Positions 56,675-64,000 of a stretch of DNA of 64,000 bases are shown piece after piece. The stretch is from Thermodesulfovibrionales bacterium (lineage in GTDB: Bacteria > Nitrospirota > Thermodesulfovibrionia > Thermodesulfovibrionales > SM23-35), in assembly GCA_963715195.1 (NCBI GenBank), contig CAVQRT010000014.1, forward strand, positions 20,428-84,427. The letters are read 5' to 3'. The notes under the pieces were generated by a model. The model did no database searches, was not told the DNA's origin, and saw nothing but the letters and a program-made list of their open reading frames with translations. Made by a program: the position numbers and the translations under genes. Positions within the stretch are counted from its first letter, which is position 1. Every line of letters starts with the position of its first letter.

Positions 56675-56979
56675 CCTTGTTGTTTGGAGAAGACGGCCAA
56701 CGCTTTTTTTAAAATATCACGCTCCTCTTCAACCTCTACTAGCTTCTTCCGCAACTTCTTCAACTCCGCGTCCTCTGGCTGTGGATTCCCTTTCCCGACA
56801 AAAGCAGCTTCGCCCTTTTGAAAGTACTTCTTTCTCCATTGATGGAGGAGTTGTGGATGAATATCAAGATCTCGGGCTACTTTGCCTACCGGTAATCCCT
56901 TGTCGGTTACCAATTTCACTGCATTTCTCTTATACTCGATTGTGAAATGACGACGGTTGCTCTCTTTTGTCATGAACAC
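56671..56979 (-). CDS. IS3-family transposase OrfA (HTH)
   Basis: 102 aa, with an HTH region followed by a leucine-zipper-like C-terminus (..LKKLRKKLVEVEEERDILKKALA..). Confidence 0.9.
   Translation of the reverse strand: MFMTKESNRRHFTIEYKRNAVKLVTDKGLPVGKVARDLDIHPQLLHQWRKKYFQKGEAAFVGKGNPQPEDAELKKLRKKLVEVEEERDILKKALAVFSKQQG
56703..56711 (-). promoter_or_regulatory. programmed -1 ribosomal frameshift site (A AAA AAA G) of the IS3 element
   Basis: On the minus strand, TTA AAA AAA GCG lies near the end of orfA. Shifting -1 here continues into the orfB frame (..KKSVGRLLQTTRMKYLF..). Confidence 0.7.
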
Positions 56980-57117
56980 CTCCTATCAGATAATACTAAC
57001 TATTAGGAGTGTCCATCAATTCAGGGGAAGTCCAAACTTAAAGCTTCAAGCCCAATCCCTTAAGTCTTTGAGTGATCTTATGGAAGGGGTCATTTGAATT
57101 TAGTAATATACTAGAAT

Positions 57118-57379
57118 ATGACTCGTAGATTACCTGAAGAATTAGAAGACAAAGAACTCATCCCCGGTTTGAGACTTTCTGATGCTAAGAAGATCGAAAC
57201 AGTTTTTGACAATGCAGGTATTGATTATACTTTTGAAATCACTCCTATTACGGCTAAAAGCGTCCTCAGTATTTGGGAGTACCAAAAAGGGTGTAATGTT
57301 TCTGGTGCCTTCAGAAAAATATGAATCTTGCAGAAACTTGATAACGAACGAAGGACTTTCAGGTTTTATCGTTCAATGA
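57118..57379 (+). pseudogene. small alpha/beta protein gene split by a +1 frameshift in an A5 run
   Basis: ORF 57118-57324 (..SIWEYQKG) and ORF 57182-57379 (..KKGVMFLVPSEKYESCRNLITNEGLSGFIVQ) join into one ~86-aa protein if one A is removed from CCAAAAAGGG (~57283-57292). Confidence 0.5.
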
Positions 57380-57515
57380 TCCCTTTCAGCTCTGTTTAAT
57401 TTTTAAAAATATTTTTTCAGCTGAATAAATTTGGGGTGGGGAGATTCCAAAACCAACTTTTTCAGTTCAGGAACTGATAGAAGAATTTAAAAACCTTCAC
57501 TTCACATTTTTCATT

Positions 57516-58051
57516 TTATGTATTATCCATTTCCCTACGAAGGCTTTCAATAACAACTTGTACATCATAAACACCTTTAATAATTATCGGCTCATGGCTC
57601 ATATAAAGAATAAGAGAGCCGATAATGCAAATGGTGCTTCGATTATATTTGCTTTGTAAGAAATTTCGTTGTAGCTCGCTAGAGGTGGTCGGGTTTGTTT
57701 TACTGAGACTCCCTGATAGCAGGCGAAGTTGAGATAAAATCGATTTCATAGGTGGTCATTAGATTCCAGAGCAGGTGTGCGAGTTCCATAAATAATAAAT
57801 GGGATAGAGAAAATAATTCCGAATGGAAGAGTTTGAATAATAATTGAGCGTAGTATATCTATTTTCATAATCTGACGGGTGACTTCCTGAGAAATTATTG
57901 GTGAGTATTTAATTAGGAAGAAAGAATGAATAAAGCACAATAAATAGATGGGTAGGAACGAGATAAAGGCTGGTTTTCTTTTATAATAAAAAAGAGGATT
58001 TTTCCACCTTGTACTACCTCCTTTGACGTTTACTGCAAATAATTGTACCAC
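57516..58051 (-). pseudogene. possible degraded CPBP (Abi) family intramembrane protease gene
   Basis: AT-rich hydrophobic ORF fragments in different frames. A third frame contains ELAHLLWNLMTT, a CPBP HxxxN-like motif. ..SPIISQEVTRQ.. resembles a degenerate EExxxR motif. This call is weak. Confidence 0.25.
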
Positions 58052-58456
58052 TGCTGAAGTTTTTTGATGTAAAAATTTCTATTTGGGCTGTACATCTTAA
58101 TTGAGAGCTTCAATGTGTGCGAATCACAGCAAGGCATCTTGCCGCAATATTTCCAAAGGTAGTCTTGACCGAACAAATAATAGAGAAGGCTGAATGTTTG
58201 GATGGGAAATAAACGATGTCAAAAAATGCAGGGGTGAGGACTGCTATGTGGTACAGGCATTTTCGCCCGAGTGAACAATTCGGAGTCCTTCTTCATCCTA
58301 TACGTAACAAAGCCTACTTTTTCTTTTAATATTAGTTAGTTACAACTATACTCATCACGTCTATTTTTCGTAATCCTATGGCCTTCCTTTATCAGTTTGT
58401 CCATCTATTATTGTCCGGAGCTGCGGAAGACACCTTCGTTGATGAATCGTTATTTC

Positions 58457-59325
58457 TTATCGGTTGTGTCCTCTCCAGTACAAAATGGCTTTATAGTAAT
58501 CCCTCTGAACTTTAAGATTTGAGACTCTGCAGTAGCATTGCGTTGTTGTAATCCTGCTATGACCCAGCAGATCCTGAATGGTAACGAGCTCGGCATCTGC
58601 ATTCAACAATTGCGTTGCCATCGTGTGCCTCAGTTGATGGCAGGATACGTATTCCGGCGCTCCGTGCGTAGTATTCAATCCTCTTTTGGATGCCGCGAAC
58701 TGATATCGGCTTTCCCCTCTGCGTCCCCTTTTGTACCAAGAACACTCTTTTCTCCTTCGACCATCTCCGCTTGTGCATGTATTCTTCCAAGGCACTCTTC
58801 GCATCTTCACTCAGATAGACGACCCTCCCTTTACCACCTTTTCCGTTGAAGATATACAGCTGTCTGTTGCGATACTCTATCGCAGAGACCGTGAGTCGTG
58901 CAACCTCTTCAACCCGTAACCCACATCTGAGCATAACCATGAAGATGGCCCGATCTCTGACATCGTTGATCTTTCTGAAGAGTGTTGTAATCTCTTCGTC
59001 TCGGAGATGCTTGGGAAGTGGCGGGCAGACGAAGCCGGTAATTCTTCTTGATCGGATTAACCATGGGCATCCCCTCATCTTCTATCAGATGGTCGTAAAA
59101 AGCGTGGATGCAGCTGAAATGACAGTTGATGGTTTTTGGTTTTTTTCTCCTTCTCAGGAGATGATCCATATACCTCGGCTTCTTGGAGGTCACCTGCTCA
59201 ATGGGAATCTTCAGCCAGTTCATGAAATGATCAAGCATATTGACATAGTTTTTCACGGTGTGTGTCGAATAGTTCCTTCTCTTCAGGAACCTCCTGTACC
59301 CGGCAATAAGATCAGTATGCTCCAT
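58457..59325 (-). pseudogene. tyrosine recombinase (second gene of the pair), two frameshifts
   Basis: Fragments 58909-59400, 58557-59078 and 58457-58810 together read MEHTDLIAGYRRFLKRRNYSTHTVKNY...GLRVEEV...HQLRHTMATQLL...LLGHSRITTTQCY. The RBS GGGAGG precedes ATG 59325. Confidence 0.85.
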
Positions 59326-59946
59326 GAATACCTCCCTGTTCGATAATCGCCATCGCACGGAAGTATTCCTCTTCGCGGCTTTTATCGGTAAGACGAGCAT
59401 ATCGCCGAGTTATCTCTATGGTACGGTGGCCTAAAAGCAGTTGAAGATATTCCAGGCGCATCCCAGCATTAAGCAGTTCGCTCGCAAACGTATGGCGAAG
59501 ACTGTGGATCGTATACCCTTTGTGCTGCAGCCCCGCAGCCTTTATGCACCTTACAAAAATATTGCGGGCTTGCGTGTATCCTAAATGGTTATCCCGCGAC
59601 CTTGGAACAGATATTGTCTTTTCAGCTCTGCTCTGCCAATCCATAGCCTGATGGCCATGAGTGCATCATCGCTGAGATATACGACTCGCCCAAGACAGTT
59701 CTTTTCTCCCTCATAGATGTGTATCTTTCTCTCCCTGATATCCAGGTCCCTTACTTGCAGGCGAAGGAGGACTTCGCCGATTTCATCCCCGTCGCAAAAG
59801 AACCAATATCAGCGCACGATCACGTGCTTTATCAATACAACCGAGTAACTTTTCTGACATCAGCCGGTGCAATGGCCCTTGGCAGGAATCCGGTGCCTTG
59901 AGCTTGATCTTCCGTTTGAGTATGCGCCCATCAATGATCTCCTGAT
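59312..59946 (-). pseudogene. tyrosine recombinase (first gene of the pair), 5'-truncated and frameshifted
   Basis: The C-terminal part is ..HSLRHTFASELLNAGMRLEYLQLLLGHRTIEITRRYARLTDKSREEEYFRAMAIIEQGGIHGAY. Upstream sequence back to ..QEIIDGRILKRKIKLK.. is readable only with frame changes and stops. Confidence 0.8.
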
Positions 59947-60814
59947 TGCCTCTTCAAGCGCCTCAGTGCAGAATGAGGCATCCAGGGTATTTGATAGCCT
60001 CCACGCCAACACCTTCCGGCTTGCCCAGTCCATAACTGCCACAAGGTAACAGAAGCCTCTGGCCATCGGCAGATAGGTTATGTCTGCTGCCCAGCAGTGA
60101 TTGCCTTGCTGATCTCCAACCTCGCAGAAGATACGGATAGACTTTGTGACCCGGATGAGGAATAGAGAGCCGGGGCTTCTGGTATAACGCCTCTATCCCC
60201 ATCTTCTTCATCAGAGTGCTCACATGTCCTCTGCCTACGTCATGTCCGAGGTCCCGAAGTTGATTCCGGATACTCCGGCTGCCCATAAAGGGATATTTCA
60301 GATGAATCTCATCGATCAGCCTCATCAGTTCAAGATCACGCGCACTGATCGGTACAGCCTCGTAATACAGGCTCGAACGCGATAGTTGCAAGTATCTCAC
60401 TCTGTCTGGTCAAGGACAACGGATGTTCCCGGTCGATCATTTCCTTGCGCTCGGCTCGGCTATTCGCCCGAGCGCGACTGATAAAAAATCATTCTCTATG
60501 GCAAGTTGCCCAATCTTGGCATGCAGTTCCTTGATGCTTGGCCCTTCTGTGTGTCTTCTTATCCTTTGCAAATACTTCCTCTGCTCGCTCTAAAAGTTGT
60601 TTCTTCCATTCAGTGATCTGGTTCGGGTGTACCTGGAAGCGTTCTGACAACTCAACTATGGTCTGCTCCCCCTTGATTGCCTCTAATGCTACCTTTGCCT
60701 TGAATGCTGCCCCGTGGTTCCTTCTCGGTCTTTTCATCTTAGCCGCTCCTTTTTGGTCTTTATAGGGTCAAACAGCAAAACCGGCTTCGCCATTTCCCCT
60801 ATACGGGGCCATCA
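59947..60814 (-). mobile_element. degraded, 3'-truncated IS3-family element (orfA + N-terminal half of orfB)
   Basis: orfA reads MKRPRRNHGAAFKAKVALEAIKGEQTIVELSERFQVHPNQITEWKKQLLE.., then shifts frame (..EGPSIKELHAKIGQLAIENDFL..). orfB fragments are ..LSRSSLYYEAVPISARDLELMRLIDEIHLKYPFMGSR.. and ..ARGFCYLVAVMDWASRKVLAWRLSNTLDASFCTEALEEAI. The outer end near 60814 is an estimate (TGATGGCCCC.. on the minus strand). Confidence 0.75.
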
Positions 60815-61266
60815 GAGCATTCTCGATCTCTGATACCCCATCTTGTTCCTATTTTAGAGCAGCGTTACCACTTATGTCCTTGTCCAGTTTTTCCCGGCCA
60901 GCTCTGTCTGCAGCGCGTGCCTCACAGCGCCAGGCGGAAGAGGCCTTGGCGAACCTGAAGCAAATAGTCAGACTAGACGTAATGCTGGCAGCAAACGAGC
61001 TAGAACGAGCCCGTCAGCAAATTTTTGCATCAAAGACAACCCGTATCCTGCAAGAAGAGACTTTAAAAGCTGAAAAGGAACGTTTCGATGTTGGATCAAG
61101 CACCACGCTTCTAGTTGCGCAGGCTCAACGCGATCTTTTGCTAAGTAGTATTGTTGAAGTCAAGGCGATCGTTAATTACCGCATCGCTCTCATTGGGCTT
61201 TACCAAGCAGAGGGGAGTTTGCTTGAACGCCGAGGTGTGAGTCTTCCCATTGGTAATATCAAGTAA
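60815..61266 (+). pseudogene. C-terminal fragment of a TolC-family outer membrane efflux/secretion protein
   Basis: ORF 60874-61266 (open without ATG back to ~60841) reads ..AEEALANLKQIVRLDV..AKTTRILQEETLKAEKERFDVGSSTTLLVAQAQRDLL..YRIALIGLYQAEGSLLERRGV, typical of the last ~125 residues of TolC-family proteins. The 5' part is replaced by the IS3 remnant. Confidence 0.65.
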
Positions 61267-61370
61267 TCCTATCCAGAATAAAATATAAATCTATGAATAC
61301 ATAATTCTCGTTCTCAAAAAAACATTATTATTTATTTTTCTTTGAAAAAGTTTCACCTGAATGTGTCTTT

Positions 61371-61377
61371 GATGAAG
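61371..61377 (+). repeat. left flanking direct repeat GATGAAG
   Basis: Identical 7-mer immediately outside both termini of the complete element (61371-61377 and 63520-63526). Confidence 0.8.
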
Positions 61378-61463
61378 CTATACGTAACAAAATAGATTGA
61401 TTCTTAGAGCCGTCTAGGGGTCATGATTAATCCTGCTTTTTCAATGAGAAAGAGGAGGAGCAA

Positions 61464-62493
61464 TGACCCAGTCAAGTGCAATTCTTAGAGGCAATCATCT
61501 GTGAAATCGCAGCAGTAAATTTTAACAGCGTAGCAGTCTCTCCTAAAGTAGCAGACTCTCCTATTGATCGCATTCTTAAAAGGATCTTAGTATTGGATCT
61601 TCCCGGCAGCGAGCATTTTGAGAATTACATGCGCTACAAGTGGAGAATGAATCACAAGCCAAGCACTCTTCAGGGCAGCTTCATTGCTGTGAGTTCTTTT
61701 CTCACTTTTCTATGCAGGCCTTGGTAAGAACCAACTACAAGAGATTGTCAGCGGTGATATTGAAGCATTTGTAGAACATGAGCAGGACAGAGGGCTCAAA
61801 ATCACAACGATCGTGACACGGGTTAAGCAATTGTGGGCTTTTCTGAGGTTTCTGTTTGATCAGGATATTATTGATGGACGCATACTTAAACGTAAAATCA
61901 AACTGAAGGTTCCCGAATTTCTGCCGAGGGCTATTGCACCCGGCGATATAAGAAAGATTCTTGATGTCATTAAGGACAGTCGTGACCGTGCCCTGATCCT
62001 CGTGCTCTTACGAACGGGCATGAGAATAGGTGAAGTGCTTGGCTTGAAGATGATAGATCTTGATGTCCAGGAGAGGAAGATACACATTTATGAGGGCGAA
62101 AAGAACTGCCTTGGACGAGTGGTATATCTCAGCGATGATGCTCTGATGGCCATAAAACTTTGGCTCCCTAAAAGAGATCCGACAAAAGAATATCTCTTTC
62201 CCGGCCTAAGGAATGGCATTATGTTACACTTCAGGCCCGGAATATCTTTAGACGATATTTGAGGGAAGCAGGGCTTCAACACAAAGGCTATACAATCCAC
62301 AGTCTTCGGCATACCTTTGCAAGCGAACTGCTCAATGCCGGCATGCGCCTGGAATGTCTGCAAGTGCTGATGGGTCATCACGACATAGAAATAACCCGGC
62401 GGTATGGCTCGTCTTACCGATAAGAGCCGCGAAGAGGAATACTTCCGAGCTATGGAAATCATCGAGCAGGGAGGCATTCATGGAGCTTACTGA
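61464..62493 (+). pseudogene. tyrosine recombinase (first gene of the pair), at least 4 frameshifts
   Basis: AGGAGG lies 7 nt before ATG 61464. Readable segments in several frames are ..HFENYMRYKWRMNHKPSTLQGSFIAV.., ..RDRALILVLLRTGMRIGEVLGL.., ..HSLRHTFASELLNAGMRLECLQVLMGHHDIEITRRY.., ..EEEYFRAMEIIEQGGIHGAY*. Confidence 0.85.
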
Positions 62494-63425
62494 TGCAATT
62501 GGCAGGTATCGCAGATTCCTGAAGCGAAGGAACTGTTCGGTTCACACTGTAAAAAACTATATCAACATCCTCGGTCACTTCAGCAGCTGGCTGCAGATTC
62601 CTATAGAGGAGGCGACCATCAAGGAAACCGATGCGTATATGGACCATCTCTTGAGGAATAGAAAGAAACCAAAGACCATCAACTGTCATTTCAGCTGCAT
62701 CCATGCCTTTTACGAATATCTGATAGAAGATGAGAGAATGCCTCTTATCAATCCGGTAAGAAAACATTACAGGCTGCGACTACCCAACCCACTGCCCAAA
62801 CATCTCAGGGACGAACAGGTCTCAACACTCTTCAAAGAAATTAACGATACCAGAGATAGGGCTATGTTCATGCTGATGCTCAGATGCGGCCTGCGCGTTG
62901 AAGAGGTTGCACGACTGACAGTAGATGCGATAGATTATCGCAGCAGACAGCTTTATGTCTTCAATGGAAAAGGCAGCAAGGACAGGGTTGTCTATCTCAG
63001 CGAGGATGCACTGAGTGTCTTGCAGTCGTATATGCAGAAACGCGAGATGGGCTAAAGAGAAAAGAGTGTTCTTAGTGCAGAAGGGACCGCTGAAAGGGAA
63101 GCCGATATCAGTGCGCGGCATTCAAAAGAGAATTGAATACTATTCACAGAAGACCGGGATACAGGTATCCTGTCATCACTTGAGACACACCATGGCAACA
63201 CAGTTGTTAAATGCAGATGCTGCTCTTGTCACCATTCAGGATCTGCTGGGTCACAGCAAGATTACCACAACGCAGTGCTACTGTAAGGTTTCCAATCTGA
63301 AAGTACAGAGGGATTACTATAAAGCCATAAAGGTTGTATTGCAGAGGACACAGCCAATAAGAAATAACGATTCATCAACGAAGGTGTCTTCCGCAGCTCC
63401 GGACAATAATAGATGGACAAACTGA
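62480..63425 (+). pseudogene. tyrosine recombinase (second gene of the pair), one frameshift
   Basis: MELTDAIGRYRRFLKRRNCSVHTVKNY...RCGLRVEEV...YMQKR then a 1-nt shift near 63040-63050, continuing ..WAKEKRVFLVQKG...HHLRHTMATQLL...LLGHSKITTTQCY. R, HxxR and H..Y catalytic positions are present. Confidence 0.85.
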
Positions 63426-63519
63426 TAAAGGAAGGCCAATAGGATTACAAAAATAGACGTGATGAGTATAGTTGTAACTAACTAATATTAAAAGAAAAAG
63501 TAGGCTTTGTTACGTATAG

Positions 63520-63526
63520 GATGAAG
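63520..63526 (+). repeat. right flanking direct repeat GATGAAG
   Basis: See the 61371-61377 entry. The same 7-mer also abuts the right end of the inverted partial copy (58291-58297, reverse complement). Confidence 0.8.
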
Positions 63527-63661
63527 GATGTTTGCCTCCCATAAGCCCGGGAAAGCTGTTTGCATAATTTACCCCGAAAGGAACACGCTATTTTTCTTTA
63601 AGTCACATAGAAAATAAATACTCCTTGAATTTGGAACAGATATTACTTTCTGAATAATTAT

Positions 63662-64000
63662 TTATAATTCAACTCGCATCATGACTCCATGCAGTTTATG
63701 CACAGGCAGGTTATAGAATTGAACAAATGCGGAGACAATTTTTTGATAATGCTGAATACTTTCCAAACAATATTTTTAGTCATGATATCTTCGAGTCCAT
63801 AAAAGATTGTTTGCTCCTCAATTCCCGCTTCTTTCAGTATTTCCTCAATGTCAGGGATCTCCATATATCCTGTCTGTATTTCAAAAACCCTTAATCCTGG
63901 ACCCAGTTCCTCCTTAAAAAAGCCTATAATCCCAAAAGGATCACTCCTTTTTATAATGGAAACAATAATATTGTTCTCATAAATGATCCTGTTTATAAGA
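63662..64000 (-). pseudogene. kup: 3' end of a KUP/HAK/KT potassium transporter gene (partial at window edge), frameshifted near the end
   Basis: The minus-strand translation ..GYMEIPDIEEILKEAGIE..TIFYGLEDIM.. parallels the E. coli Kup C-terminal region (GFRETPNVEEVFHRCGLEG..). After a T6 run (63739-63744) the canonical ending ..SAFVQFYNLPVHKLHGVMMRVEL* is found in another frame, with its stop at 63662. Confidence 0.5.

Larger units (their letters stand above)
55790..57035 (-). mobile_element. IS3-family insertion sequence, apparently intact (1246 bp)
   Basis: Imperfect terminal inverted repeats TGGACTTTCCTCGAAAAAGTGGACAC (55790-55815) and the reverse complement of 57010-57035, TGGACTTCCCCTGAATTGATGGACAC (19/26 matches, TG...CA ends). 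It carries orfA and orfB in the -1 frame relationship with an A7G slippery site. Confidence 0.9.
58298..59946 (-). mobile_element. inverted, 5'-truncated, diverged copy of the two-tyrosine-recombinase element
   Basis: The right terminus CTATACGTAACAAAG at 58298-58312 (plus strand) is flanked by CTTCATC (the reverse complement of GATGAAG) at 58291-58297. Homology to 61859-63519 runs up to ~59946, where it abuts IS3 orfB sequence. Confidence 0.85.
61378..63519 (+). mobile_element. complete copy (2142 bp) of an element encoding two overlapping tyrosine recombinases, with 14-bp terminal inverted repeats
   Basis: The left end is CTATACGTAACAAA (61378-61391) and the right end is TTTGTTACGTATAG (63506-63519). 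It holds two tandem recombinase genes overlapping by 14 nt. It is flanked by GATGAAG direct repeats. Confidence 0.85.

Noticed and set aside
60795-60812. CCCCTATACGGGGCC near the IS3 remnant end, resembling the recombinase-element terminus CTATACGTAACAAA.
   Set aside because: Only CTATACG is shared, and the remainder differs. It is part of a local palindrome (CCCC TATA CGGGG) consistent with an IS3 terminal region, so the similarity is probably coincidental.
58457-63425. Programmed ribosomal frameshifting as an explanation for the split recombinase ORFs.
   Set aside because: The frame breaks occur at different positions in the two copies: the second gene breaks near ..RLRLP.. and ..GIRI.. 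in one copy and near ..YMQKR.. in the other. They are not at slippery heptamers, and the first gene has four or more breaks including in-frame stops. This looks like decay and not recoding.

Overview
The window has two parts. (1) Positions 1 to ~51.9 kb are a dense, apparently intact block of housekeeping genes from a diderm bacterium, about 50% GC by eye. The phylum cannot be determined from sequence alone. The gene content and the REP-type palindromes are reminiscent of Desulfobacterota- or Nitrospirota-like anaerobes. This block contains hisD, glycogen phosphorylase, a LOG-family protein, a YajD-type HNH protein and an alpha-carbonic anhydrase lipoprotein. On the minus strand it carries rfaE2-rseP-dxr-cdsA-uppS, an FG-GAP protein, nusB-ribH-ribBA-ribE, lepB, a ROK glucokinase translationally coupled to a small ferredoxin, recN and livFGMH. 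Further on are dapL, folK, a GAF-GGDEF cyclase, hisH, a glutaredoxin-like/ferredoxin-thioredoxin-reductase pair, glyS, tsaB-rimI, an AmmeMemoRadiSam radical SAM enzyme, wrbA, msrB, and a tamB-bamA-surA-like-pdxA envelope operon. (2) From ~51.9 kb to the window end the DNA becomes visibly AT-richer and looks like an accessory region in decay. It starts with a triple direct repeat at the junction. It then holds a redox/sulfur-flavoured cargo cluster (MBL hydrolase, DsrE-like, OYE reductase, DUF2892) and one intact IS3-family element. It also holds one degraded IS3-family element fused to a truncated integrase gene, a TolC-family gene fragment, and a kup fragment. Frameshifts are concentrated here. 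The most unusual item is a compact ~2.1 kb element carrying two overlapping tyrosine-recombinase genes. It is bounded by 14-bp terminal inverted repeats and a 7-bp direct repeat (GATGAAG). It is present once complete (61378-63519) and once inverted and 5'-truncated (58298-59946). I saw no rRNA, tRNA, CRISPR array or recognisable defence system. All functional calls rest on motif-level recognition of the translated ORFs and on hand alignment; no database search was possible.
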